DNA of 32,281 nucleotides, taken from Sedimentisphaeraceae bacterium JB056 (GTDB lineage: Bacteria > Planctomycetota > Phycisphaerae > Sedimentisphaerales > Sedimentisphaeraceae). The notes below the pieces were generated by a model. That model was not told where the DNA came from. It searched no databases and saw only the letters and a program-made list of their open reading frames with translations. Shown here in pieces: positions 18,335 through 26,722 of the stretch. The number at the start of each line of letters is the position of its first letter. Within the stretch, counting starts at the first letter, position 1. A program made the position numbers and the translations under genes. The stretch covers positions 1 to 32,281 of the forward strand of contig JBITAJ010000010.1 of the NCBI GenBank assembly GCA_044440125.1, given 5' to 3'.

Positions 18335-19351
18335 ATGACTAAGAGTAATTGGCTAAAGAAGTTTATGGTTGTTACGGCCATCAGTATTTCTTTGTGTGGT
18401 TCAAGCGTGCTTTATGCGGAAGAAGCTGCCGAACCTGCGGTGACAGGGCCAAGCATTGAAGTTCCAGATGAGATCGCTGATTTTGGACAGGTTAAACCAA
18501 AGAGCGTTCATTCATTTTCTTACAAATTCAAGAATGTAGGTTCGGAAGAACTTGTTATATCAAGAGTTCAGAGTACTTGCGGATGTACAGTTCCAGAGCT
18601 TGCAAAGAAGGAATATCAGCCGGGGGAAAGCGGCGAGGTTAAGATTACATATACCGCTTCTTCGCGTGAGGGTGATACGACTAAGCACCTTTATATTCAC
18701 AGTAACGACCCCAAAAATCCAAGATATCCGCTTATAATCAAGTCAACAACAGTACTTAAGGCAAGCGTAGAGCCTGAAAAACTCGACCTTTCCATGGTGA
18801 AAGACAATGCGGGTTTTCCGGAACTCAAGGTTTACAGTCGCGACAGTAAAGAGTTTTCAATAAAAAGCATAGATGCCAACGGCAATCCTTTCAGCTTTGA
18901 TATTGATACTAAAAAGAAGGCAAATGTTCATACTATCAAGCCTAAAGTTGATATCGAAAAACTTAAAGAGTATCTTTCAGGAGTTATCCGTATAAAAATC
19001 GACCATCCTGAGTGTGATACGCTTACCGTTACCTATAATACCTTGCCAGAATATTCAGCCTCACCGGCAAGAATCATAGTTCAGAACGCATTGCCTGGTG
19101 ACAAGCAAACCAGGGAAATCTGGATAAAGAATAATTACGGAAACACTATCGAAATAACCGGTGCAAAGAGCGCCAAAGGCTTTATGGATTATGAAATCGT
19201 AGAAAATAATGATGGAATGGCCAAGCTTAAAGTCACAATAACCGCACCTGAGAAGACCGGTAAGAGCCGTTATTTCAGTGATGATCTTGTAGTAAACATT
19301 GAAGGTTCTGAAGATATTACTATAAAAAGCAGCGGTTGGTATGCTAAATAA
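18335..19351 (+). CDS. Exported DUF1573 (Ig-like) domain protein
   Basis: Signal peptide. FKNVGSEELVISRVQSTCGCT...PGESG motif. GGAG RBS before ATG 18335. Confidence 0.85.
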   Translation: MTKSNWLKKFMVVTAISISLCGSSVLYAEEAAEPAVTGPSIEVPDEIADFGQVKPKSVHSFSYKFKNVGSEELVISRVQSTCGCTVPELAKKEYQPGESGEVKITYTASSREGDTTKHLYIHSNDPKNPRYPLIIKSTTVLKASVEPEKLDLSMVKDNAGFPELKVYSRDSKEFSIKSIDANGNPFSFDIDTKKKANVHTIKPKVDIEKLKEYLSGVIRIKIDHPECDTLTVTYNTLPEYSASPARIIVQNALPGDKQTREIWIKNNYGNTIEITGAKSAKGFMDYEIVENNDGMAKLKVTITAPEKTGKSRYFSDDLVVNIEGSEDITIKSSGWYAK

Positions 19352-19411
19352 AGCTGTTTGGCTTTATATGTTTCAAAATTAATCCTGTCGTATGACAGAC
19401 ATGGTATATAT

Positions 19412-19443
19412 AGTACAGGCAGAAAAAACTGCCTGTACTTTTA
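19412..19443 (+). terminator. Rho-independent terminator
   Basis: AGTACAGGCAG-AAAAAA-CTGCCTGTACT followed by T-runs. Confidence 0.75.
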
Positions 19444-19461
19444 GTTTTTGGTTAGTGTTGT

Positions 19462-21117
19462 ATGTTCAATAGTTTTAAGGCTAAAATATTGTATTGGTTG
19501 AAGATGCTGCCTATATGGCTTCATTTAAGACCGGAAACTGTGGCTGCCAAGTGTCGGCTTCAGTTTGGTGTTGCAATTATAATAATATTGTTCTTCGCAT
19601 TGCTTATTCCATATCTATGGATGGGCAAGCTAACCGATAAAGTAGTGCTTCAGACCGGAAGATCGATTGTTAATTTGGTTCTTGACGGTCATATGAATCG
19701 CTATATAAGGTTCGAAAAAGCGACTGAGAGAATTGCCAGCGGTACATATTCCGAACAGCCCATGCCCGAAGAATACGTTGCTCCCGTCAACTGGTTAAGG
19801 TTTATGGAGGGCAAGCAGTTTGATTCGCAAGGATTATCTGACGAGCAGGCCAAAAGGATAAAAAAGCTCCTGCGAGATGATGATCGTGATATTTCCATGT
19901 GGCGTCAATATCATGATGAAGTTGTTGAGGATAACTACATTGAATTGATAAGGGCGCAGGATCAGTGTTTGAGGTGTCATAATCCGCAGGGCACTGCAAT
20001 AGCTTTCAACGCCAAGGAGCCTATCGGGGCAATGGTCATAAAGCTTCCTGATGAGGATATCAGCCGTACGGTTATAATGAATAATGCGTGTGTGATATTT
20101 GCCGGTCTCCTTGCGGGGGCAAGTGCGATTATCACGGTTTATGTTATTGTTCAACGAGTTATTCTTCGTCCTATAAGGCAATTGCGCGGGCTTGTGAACA
20201 ATGTTACAGAAGGTAATCTTGATGCACGTTCGGCGATTAAGAGCAATGATGAATATGAGCGGCTTGCCAATGGCTTCAATTCGATGCTTGATGGTCTTCA
20301 GGATTCCCAGGAGAAACTTCGCAACGCCAATAAGGAGCTGGATTCAAAGATTATCGAGCTTTCTGATAGAAATATCGAACTTTTCAAGGCTAACAAGCTC
20401 AAAAGTGAGTTTTTGGCTAACATGAGCCACGAATTTAGGACTCCCCTTAATGCGATTCTCGGTTTTTCAGATATTCTAAGGGATTCTCCACCGAAAGACA
20501 TCGAGAAAACCAAGAGGTATGCGAGTAATATTTCTGATAGCGGACGTAATCTTCTGCTTATGATAAATGATCTTCTCGATCTTGCAAAGGCTGAGGCCGG
20601 AAAGATTGAACTGAGGATTGAAAAGACAAGTATTTCGCAGCTTTGCAAGGGGGTTGCGGGTTTCTTCTGGCCTATGACTGAGAAAAAGGGCATTGAGCTT
20701 AGTCTTGATATTGATGAGCAGATACCTCTTGTTAATACTGATGCCTCGAAAGTTCAGCAGATACTCTATAATTTTGTCAGTAATGCGATAAAATTCACGC
20801 CTGAAGACGGAAATATAACTATAAAGGTCTATCTGCTTAATGAAAAGACTGTAAGGGTTGCAGTGATTGATACCGGCTGCGGAATTGCACCTGAATTCCA
20901 TGCTCAGATATTTGAAAAATTCCGCCAGCTTGACGGCTCTATTACACGTGATGGAGCCGGAACCGGCCTTGGGCTTGCTATCTCAAAGGAGCTTGCCAAT
21001 CTCATAGCCGCCAAACTTTCGCTTGAAAGTGAAGTGGACAAGGGCTCCTCATTCTATATAGACCTGCCCGTTATGGAGAAGCAGGACGAAACACCGGAAG
21101 AATCCGTCTCCCAGTAG
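19462..21117 (+). CDS. Sensor histidine kinase: TM, periplasmic CxxCH c-heme domain (DUF3365/Tll0287-like), TM, HAMP, HisKA, HATPase
   Basis: CLRCH at 19966-19980. KSEFLANMSHEFRTPLN H-box. NAIKFT, DTGCGI and GTGLGL boxes. Exact start uncertain. Confidence 0.9.
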   Translation: MFNSFKAKILYWLKMLPIWLHLRPETVAAKCRLQFGVAIIIILFFALLIPYLWMGKLTDKVVLQTGRSIVNLVLDGHMNRYIRFEKATERIASGTYSEQPMPEEYVAPVNWLRFMEGKQFDSQGLSDEQAKRIKKLLRDDDRDISMWRQYHDEVVEDNYIELIRAQDQCLRCHNPQGTAIAFNAKEPIGAMVIKLPDEDISRTVIMNNACVIFAGLLAGASAIITVYVIVQRVILRPIRQLRGLVNNVTEGNLDARSAIKSNDEYERLANGFNSMLDGLQDSQEKLRNANKELDSKIIELSDRNIELFKANKLKSEFLANMSHEFRTPLNAILGFSDILRDSPPKDIEKTKRYASNISDSGRNLLLMINDLLDLAKAEAGKIELRIEKTSISQLCKGVAGFFWPMTEKKGIELSLDIDEQIPLVNTDASKVQQILYNFVSNAIKFTPEDGNITIKVYLLNEKTVRVAVIDTGCGIAPEFHAQIFEKFRQLDGSITRDGAGTGLGLAISKELANLIAAKLSLESEVDKGSSFYIDLPVMEKQDETPEESVSQ

Positions 21118-21139
21118 GGGCGAATCAATGTATTCGCCC
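21114..21139 (+). repeat. GTAG-family REP-like palindrome
   Basis: GTAG + GGGCGAAT-CAATGT-ATTCGCCC. Overlaps the kinase stop codon, between convergent genes. Confidence 0.6.
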
Positions 21140-21150
21140 GTTGAATCTGG

Positions 21151-21669
21151 TTATGTGGCTTTATCTTTTTCAATCCATTTGGCAAGTGAACTCTTTTCAT
21201 GATTTATCTGTGATTGCAAATCTATGCCGCATTTTTCCGCGTCTGTTTTTACTGTTTTGAATTCAATATTGATGCCGGAATCCTTGAATTCCTTCTCGAA
21301 AACGTATTGGGCTCTGCCCAGATGGTAGTCTGATGTTATCACAAGAATCTCTTCCGGTGCATACTTTTCAATTATCGGCTTGGATAGTGAAGCATCCTCG
21401 ATTGTGTTTTTGCTCTGGGCAAACTCAACAATATCGCTTTCTGGAACCCCTTCTTTTATCAGATATTCCTTGAGATAAGCCGCATGTGGTTTGTCGGTAG
21501 TGTTGAAGTGTTCGCCGTATCCCCCTGTTAAAAGGAGTTTATAGGAAGGATCCTTCTTATATTCTTCCAAGGCAGCCTTGCAGCGATCTTTTGCAATTTC
21601 ATAAAGCTCACCGTTATCAGAATTGGGAGAGCCTAAAACAACTATAATGCTTTTAATTGGTAAATTCAT
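21151..21669 (-). CDS. YdcF/DUF218 family protein
   Basis: IVVLG, LLLTGG, SKNTIEDA and VITSDYHLGRA motifs. Confidence 0.88.
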   Translation of the reverse strand: MNLPIKSIIVVLGSPNSDNGELYEIAKDRCKAALEEYKKDPSYKLLLTGGYGEHFNTTDKPHAAYLKEYLIKEGVPESDIVEFAQSKNTIEDASLSKPIIEKYAPEEILVITSDYHLGRAQYVFEKEFKDSGINIEFKTVKTDAEKCGIDLQSQINHEKSSLAKWIEKDKAT

Positions 21670-21810
21670 TTTTGTATTTTTCTTTCAGGAAATACATAAA
21701 ACAGGGAGGAATGGTTTGATTATTGGGTAAATTAATCTTTGTATTATCCCTATTTAGTGTTATGAAATTTATCTTTTTGATATGCAATATCTATTCCTTG
21801 TTCTTATTTT

Positions 21811-22080
21811 TTATTTTCCCATGAATATGGCAGGCGGGCCACTTTCGCCGGCTATCATTCCTATGCTGAACCCCAGTACTACGAAAAGTAAAATGTAGAT
21901 TGCTGCTGATAACAGCATCATTATGAGGATTGCGGCAGCCCAGTTTGATTTGCTTTTAGAAGTGTTTCCTCCAAAAGCCCAGACCAGCAGCATTATTATA
22001 TTGACCAGGGGTATTCCCATTAAAATGTACGTTAATATCCAATTAATGATTGATACAGGTTTTTCAGATGTCTTCCCCAT
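21811..22080 (-). CDS. Small membrane protein (hypothetical)
   Basis: Hydrophobic 89 aa with WxxT..IPLVNIIMLLVWAFG..SKSNWA, a pattern common in small membrane proteins. Confidence 0.7.
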   Translation of the reverse strand: MGKTSEKPVSIINWILTYILMGIPLVNIIMLLVWAFGGNTSKSKSNWAAAILIMMLLSAAIYILLFVVLGFSIGMIAGESGPPAIFMGK

Positions 22081-22132
22081 TTTTAAGCCTTCATGATTTC
22101 TATAGGTTCCCCTTTAATTGTTTAGGGATGTA

Positions 22133-22160
22133 ATTGTAAAATAATACCGTTGAAAGTCAA
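22133..22160 (-). promoter_or_regulatory. Putative sigma70 promoter for 21811-22080
   Basis: TTGACT-16 nt-TACAAT on the minus strand. Confidence 0.5.
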
Positions 22161-22191
22161 ATGTTAAAAACGTGTCTTTTCTTGCATTATT

Positions 22192-22314
22192 TCGCCCTGA
22201 AAGGGCATGATACTATAGCCAAGGGCAACGCCCTTGGTCTGTAATTGAGTAATACTTTACCCCCTTCTCCCTTTTTCAGCCATAGGCTATGTTGTTATGC
22301 CCCTTACGGGGCGA
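22192..22314. repeat. REPIN/MITE-like nested palindromic element
   Basis: Hairpins GCCCTGAAAGGGC, CCAAGGGCAACGCCCTTGG and GCCCCTTACGGGGC. The two ends form an imperfect long inverted repeat. Confidence 0.65.
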
Positions 22315-22469
22315 TTACAGGGACTGCTTAAAAAACAAGAAGCATTTTGATAATCCTTTTCGATGGTTAAACAACTATTTCAACTGGTAAATACTGTTGG
22401 CGGGCTATTTGAGGCCAGAATGGATTTGTTAAAATGGTAAAAAAATGAATAAATGTTTCTTTTTTGCTG

Positions 22470-22498
22470 TTGACAAATAGGAGTTACTCCTATATAGT
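22470..22498 (+). promoter_or_regulatory. Sigma70 promoter of the perR operon with an 8-1-8 palindromic operator (putative PerR box)
   Basis: TTGACA-17 nt-TATAGT. ATAGGAGT-T-ACTCCTAT at 22477-22493 fills the spacer. Confidence 0.85.
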
Positions 22499-22522
22499 AT
22501 TAGCAACTTAAACGAGGGCATT

Positions 22523-22951
22523 ATGGAAACAAAAAACAACTGGTTTGAAAAACAGTGCCGTGAGCATAATCTTAAGCTTACGCCTCAACGAGCTTGTATT
22601 TACAAGATACTCTCTGAAGCGAAGGATCATCCTTCTACTGATACTGTGTTTAGAAGGGTAAAGGAGCATTTTCCGAATGTTTCCCTGGATACAGTAAACA
22701 GGACTTTACTAACTTTCAATGAGATAGGGCTTGCTTTTCTTGTTGAGGGCAGCGGTGATGTGCGGCGATATGATGCCGGAATGGAAGATCATCAGCATTT
22801 TAAGTGCATAAAGTGTAAAAGAATCATTGACTTTCACTACGAACCTTTTGACAATATAGATATTCCGGAAGTTATCGAAGGAAAATTCGAGATACTTCGC
22901 AAAAGTGTCTATTTTGAGGGGTTATGTGATAAGTGCAGGACTAACGAATAA
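22523..22951 (+). CDS. perR: Fur-family regulator, PerR-like
   Basis: LTPQR, HPST, SLDTVNRTL, HQHFKCIKC and GLCDKC motifs. Heads an oxidative-stress operon. Confidence 0.88.
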   Translation: METKNNWFEKQCREHNLKLTPQRACIYKILSEAKDHPSTDTVFRRVKEHFPNVSLDTVNRTLLTFNEIGLAFLVEGSGDVRRYDAGMEDHQHFKCIKCKRIIDFHYEPFDNIDIPEVIEGKFEILRKSVYFEGLCDKCRTNE

Positions 22952-22984
22952 TACATAAATAATACAAATTTATCAGGAGTAAAA

Positions 22985-23557
22985 ATGGAACTTAAAGGAA
23001 GTAAAACAGAAAAATGTCTTTTGACAGCATTTGCGGGCGAATCTCAGGCAAGAAACAGATACACCTATTTCGCATCAAAAGCGAATAAAGAAGGTTACAA
23101 GCAAATCGCTGCTATCTTTGAAGAAACAGCAAATCAGGAGAAGGAACACGCAAAAAGATTGTTCAAATTCCTTGAGGGCGGCGAAGTAGAGATCTGTGCG
23201 GCATTTCCTGCCGGAGTTATCGGTACAACACTTGAAAATCTCGAAGAGGCGGCAGCCGGCGAAGATTATGAAGTGAACACAATGTACCCGGATTTTGCAA
23301 AAATTGCTGATGAAGAAGGTTTTACTGATATAGCGGCCGTTTTCAGGAAGATTGCCGTTGCTGAAACTCACCACAGAGACAGGTATCTTGCTTTTAAGAA
23401 GAACATTGAAGAGGGTAAGGTATTCAAGAGAGATGCTCAAATCACATGGGCTTGCCGTAACTGCGGATATATGCATACCGGCACAGAGGCTCCGGGTACT
23501 TGCCCGGCATGTGCACACCCACAGGCACATTTTGAGATTATGGCAGAAAATTATTGA
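22985..23557 (+). CDS. rbr: Rubrerythrin
   Basis: AFAGESQARNRY, EKEHAK and ETHH motifs. C-terminal CRNCG...CPAC. Confidence 0.97.
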   Translation: MELKGSKTEKCLLTAFAGESQARNRYTYFASKANKEGYKQIAAIFEETANQEKEHAKRLFKFLEGGEVEICAAFPAGVIGTTLENLEEAAAGEDYEVNTMYPDFAKIADEEGFTDIAAVFRKIAVAETHHRDRYLAFKKNIEEGKVFKRDAQITWACRNCGYMHTGTEAPGTCPACAHPQAHFEIMAENY

Positions 23558-23630
23558 TTTTAAGTCAAAACTTGCATATAGTTAACGTTTAGCTGGTAAG
23601 CTTTGCGTTGCGAGGAAATTATAAATATCG

Positions 23631-23684
23631 GACGGGGGTCGCCGCTTAATATATGATTGTTAGGCGGCGGTCATCCGTCTTTTT
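23631..23684 (+). terminator. Long imperfect hairpin plus U-tract between rbr and fprA
   Basis: GACGG..TCGCCGCTTAA / TTAGGCGGCGG..CCGTC followed by TTTTT. Confidence 0.6.
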
Positions 23685-23772
23685 AATGATTTTTTTATAT
23701 GTCGTGCTGCCTGGATATTGAAATCTGCATGTACGGTCATATAATAGCACTGATAAACTACGGAGATATCAA

Positions 23773-24951
23773 ATGAGGAATTTAAAAGCGGATGTATTTG
23801 CTGTTGGCGCACAGGATTGGGATCGCAGAGTTTTTGATGAGCTTATCCCGCTTAATGAAGGTACAAGCTACAATGCATACCTTATAAAGGGAAGTGAGAA
23901 AACAGCCCTTATAGATTCAGTTGACCCTGAAAAAACCGACATATTGGTCAATAATATTCTCAGATGCGGTGTTGAAAAAATAGATTATGTTGTAAGTAAT
24001 CACTGCGAACAGGATCATTCAGGCAGCATACCTGATATTCTTATGCTTTATCCGGAAGCAAAAGTCGTAACCAACGAAAAAAACAAGGGTTTTCTCTCGG
24101 CGCATCTTCATATTGAAGAAGACAAGTTTATTGTAGTCGGCGAAGATGATACTGTCAGTCTTGGTAATAAAACACTCCAGTTTGCTCTTATACCATGGGT
24201 TCACTGGCCTGAGACTATGGGTACATATCTTGTTGAGGATAAAATTCTTTTCCCATGCGACATGTTCGGTTCTCACCTTGCTACCAGCGATTTGTTTGCT
24301 GAACCTGATTCAACTCTTTATAGTTGTGCAAAGGGCTATTTCGCAGAGATAATGATGCCTTTCCGCACAGCGATCAAGAAGAACCTCGACAAACTGTCAA
24401 AGTTTGATATTGAAATGATAGCACCAAGCCACGGTCCTGTTCATAAGGATCCGAAATTTATCATGGATGCTTACGGCCAGTGGGTTGGCGATAAGGTAGA
24501 GAATAAGGTTCTGATGCCGTTTATATCAATGCACGGCAGTACGAGAAAGATGGTTGAATACCTGACAGAGTGTCTTTTAGACAGGGATATTGCGGTCAAT
24601 CCGTTTAACCTTATAGGCGGAAATCTTGATGTTCTTGCCTGTGATCTTGTAGATTCTGCAACAGTTATTCTTGCCGGTCCGCAGGTTCTTGCCGGTGCCC
24701 ATCCGGCAGTTGCAAATGCAGCTTTTCTTGCCAATGCTCTGAGACCTAAGACAAAGTTTGCGACTGTGATAGGCAGCTACGGCTGGGGCGGCAAAATGGT
24801 TGATAATCTTGTAGGTATGATGCCTAATCTGAAAGTAGAACTTTTTGAACCGATCATGGTAAAAGGACTTCCCAGAGAAGAGGATTATGCGTTGCTTGAG
24901 AAGCTTGCTGATTCTATAGTCGAGAAGCATAAGTCAATAGGCATTTGTTAA
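23773..24951 (+). CDS. fprA: Flavodiiron protein (FprA/ROO-like)
   Basis: GTSYNAYLI, NHCEQDHSG, HWPETM, CDMFG and PSHG motifs. Flavodoxin domain SMHGST...GSYGWGG. Confidence 0.95.
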   Translation: MRNLKADVFAVGAQDWDRRVFDELIPLNEGTSYNAYLIKGSEKTALIDSVDPEKTDILVNNILRCGVEKIDYVVSNHCEQDHSGSIPDILMLYPEAKVVTNEKNKGFLSAHLHIEEDKFIVVGEDDTVSLGNKTLQFALIPWVHWPETMGTYLVEDKILFPCDMFGSHLATSDLFAEPDSTLYSCAKGYFAEIMMPFRTAIKKNLDKLSKFDIEMIAPSHGPVHKDPKFIMDAYGQWVGDKVENKVLMPFISMHGSTRKMVEYLTECLLDRDIAVNPFNLIGGNLDVLACDLVDSATVILAGPQVLAGAHPAVANAAFLANALRPKTKFATVIGSYGWGGKMVDNLVGMMPNLKVELFEPIMVKGLPREEDYALLEKLADSIVEKHKSIGIC

Positions 24952-24972
24952 TTAATTTGGAAGGAGTTTGTT

Positions 24973-25353
24973 ATGCCAAAAAGATTTGATTTGTATTTGT
25001 GTCCGGTTTGTAGTAATATCGTTGAAGTTTGTTATGGTGCTGACGGGCAGCTTTACTGCTGTGGCGAACCAATGAAGCTTCTTAAAGAGAATACTACTGA
25101 CGCGGCGACAGAAAAACATGTTCCGGTTATTGAGAAGATCGATGGCGGATACAAGGTAATGGTTGGCTCAGTTGCTCATCCGATGGTTGACGATCACTAT
25201 ATACAGTGGATAGAGCTTGTGACCGATCGGATGTCTTATACGAAGTACCTTAAGCCCGGAGATGCTCCGGAAGCTATTTTTATGACAGATGCGGATGCTG
25301 TTACGGCAAGAGAGTATTGTAATAAACATGGACATTGGAAGGGGCAATCATGA
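24973..25353 (+). CDS. dfx: Desulfoferrodoxin (2Fe superoxide reductase)
   Basis: CPVC...CCGEPM, EKHVP, HPM, HYIQWI and YCNKHG motifs. Confidence 0.96.
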   Translation: MPKRFDLYLCPVCSNIVEVCYGADGQLYCCGEPMKLLKENTTDAATEKHVPVIEKIDGGYKVMVGSVAHPMVDDHYIQWIELVTDRMSYTKYLKPGDAPEAIFMTDADAVTAREYCNKHGHWKGQS

Positions 25354-25856
25354 TAGGTAAAAAAATGCTGGATGCTATAAATGCACAGATAAACGCAGAG
25401 TTTTATTCGTCATATTTATATATGTCAATGAGCAGCTATTTTTCTTCGATAGGTATGCCGGGAGCGGCTAACTGGATGAGAATTCAGGCACTTGAAGAGA
25501 TGACTCATGCGGAAAAATTCTGCAACTATATTGACGAAAGAGGCGGACGTGTTATACTGACGGCTATAGAAGGCCCTGAGACACAATGGGAAGATGCTTT
25601 AGCTGCTTTCGAGGCAGTACTTGCTCATGAGCAGAAGGTTACCTCATTGATAAATAATCTTATGGATGTGGCAATATCGGAAAAAGACCATGCCGCGACA
25701 TTGTTCCTGCAATGGTTTGTTGGAGAGCAGGTTGAGGAAGAGGCCAGTGCTCAGGCGGTAATCGATCAGTTGAAGCTTGCCGGTGAGAGCAAGGGTGGAA
25801 TGCTCATGATAGATCGTGAGCTTGGGCAGCGTGTGTTCAATCCTCCTGTGGCCTGA
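25350..25856 (+). CDS. ftnA: Non-heme ferritin
   Basis: [26 protein letters not shown] and [10 protein letters not shown] motifs. ATGA overlap with dfx. Confidence 0.93.
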   Translation: MIGKKMLDAINAQINAEFYSSYLYMSMSSYFSSIGMPGAANWMRIQALEEMTHAEKFCNYIDERGGRVILTAIEGPETQWEDALAAFEAVLAHEQKVTSLINNLMDVAISEKDHAATLFLQWFVGEQVEEEASAQAVIDQLKLAGESKGGMLMIDRELGQRVFNPPVA

Positions 25857-25894
25857 TAGAGTATTTTATTAAAGATTTTTGTACGGAGTTGATA

Positions 25895-26377
25895 ATGACC
25901 TTAAGGGAAATACTTGAAGTTGCTGTTCAGATGGAAGCTGACGGCATCAAGTTTTATGCAAAGGCTGCGGAAAACGCACCAGATGAAAAATCTAAGGAAT
26001 TGCTGCTTTCGCTTTCTTCATGGGAATCCAAACACTATGAACAGTTTTCCAAGATTAAGGATGAGGTTGTAGCAAGCTCAGAAGCTATAGTCAGTCCTGA
26101 TGGGCAGGCGTCGTTATATCTTGAGGCATTTGTTACAGGTGCTGTATTTGATGCGAATGCGAATCCGTTTGAGTATTTGAATAAGGACACTGAAATTCCT
26201 GATATCCTCAAAATAGCGATATCGCTTGAGAAAGATGCTGTTTGTTGTTATTCCGGCATAAAGATGATGGTTGCCGATGAGCAGTCTAAATCCAAGGTCG
26301 ATCAAATAATCAAAGAAGAGATGGAACATATTAAAATCTTGAGTGATTTGCTGAAAGAGCAAACTGTTAAGCTTTAG
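25895..26377 (+). CDS. Ferritin-like (rubrerythrin/erythrin diiron domain) protein
   Basis: AVQMEADGIKFY..ESKH and LEKDAV..EEMEH paired ExxH motifs. GGAG RBS. Confidence 0.88.
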   Translation: MTLREILEVAVQMEADGIKFYAKAAENAPDEKSKELLLSLSSWESKHYEQFSKIKDEVVASSEAIVSPDGQASLYLEAFVTGAVFDANANPFEYLNKDTEIPDILKIAISLEKDAVCCYSGIKMMVADEQSKSKVDQIIKEEMEHIKILSDLLKEQTVKL

Positions 26378-26442
26378 TGTTTTATCTTTTAAAGTTTTAA
26401 GAATAATGTTTCTGGTAACCAAATAAATTAGGAGAATGAATT

Positions 26443-26601
26443 ATGGAAAAGTATGAATGCGTACTATGCGGCTGGATCTATGACCCTGAGATAGGTGATC
26501 CTGACAACGGAGTTGTACCTGGTACAGCTTTTGAAGACATCGATGATGATTGGGTATGTCCGGAGTGCGGTGCAGGTAAGGACGAATTTAAGCCTTGCTG
26601 A
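26443..26601 (+). CDS. rub: Rubredoxin (52 aa, absent from the ORF track)
   Basis: Manual translation [60 protein letters not shown]. Confidence 0.97.
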   Translation: MEKYECVLCGWIYDPEIGDPDNGVVPGTAFEDIDDDWVCPECGAGKDEFKPC

Positions 26602-26625
26602 GCATTTGAAGATTTTAATGAATAG

Positions 26626-26661
26626 AGAGGTTTTCGTTGTTAGGCGAAAGCCTCTTTTTTT
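26626..26661 (+). terminator. Rho-independent terminator closing the oxidative-stress operon
   Basis: AGAGGTTTTCG-loop-CGAAAGCCTCT followed by a T-run. Confidence 0.8.
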
Positions 26662-26722
26662 ATGGAACTTTTGGATTGTGGGTCAAGCCCATTTTAGATA
26701 TTTCATTGAAAGACAAGTTTAT

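Noticed and set aside
26599..26661. Rubredoxin TGA followed by a hairpin as a selenocysteine/SECIS signal
   Set aside because: The protein is already complete at the normal length, and the hairpin has a U-tract typical of a terminator.
26495..26722. N-terminal 76 aa of the 482-aa MFS ORF
   Set aside because: Overlaps the rubredoxin gene in another frame and its terminator. The real start is 26723 or 26741.
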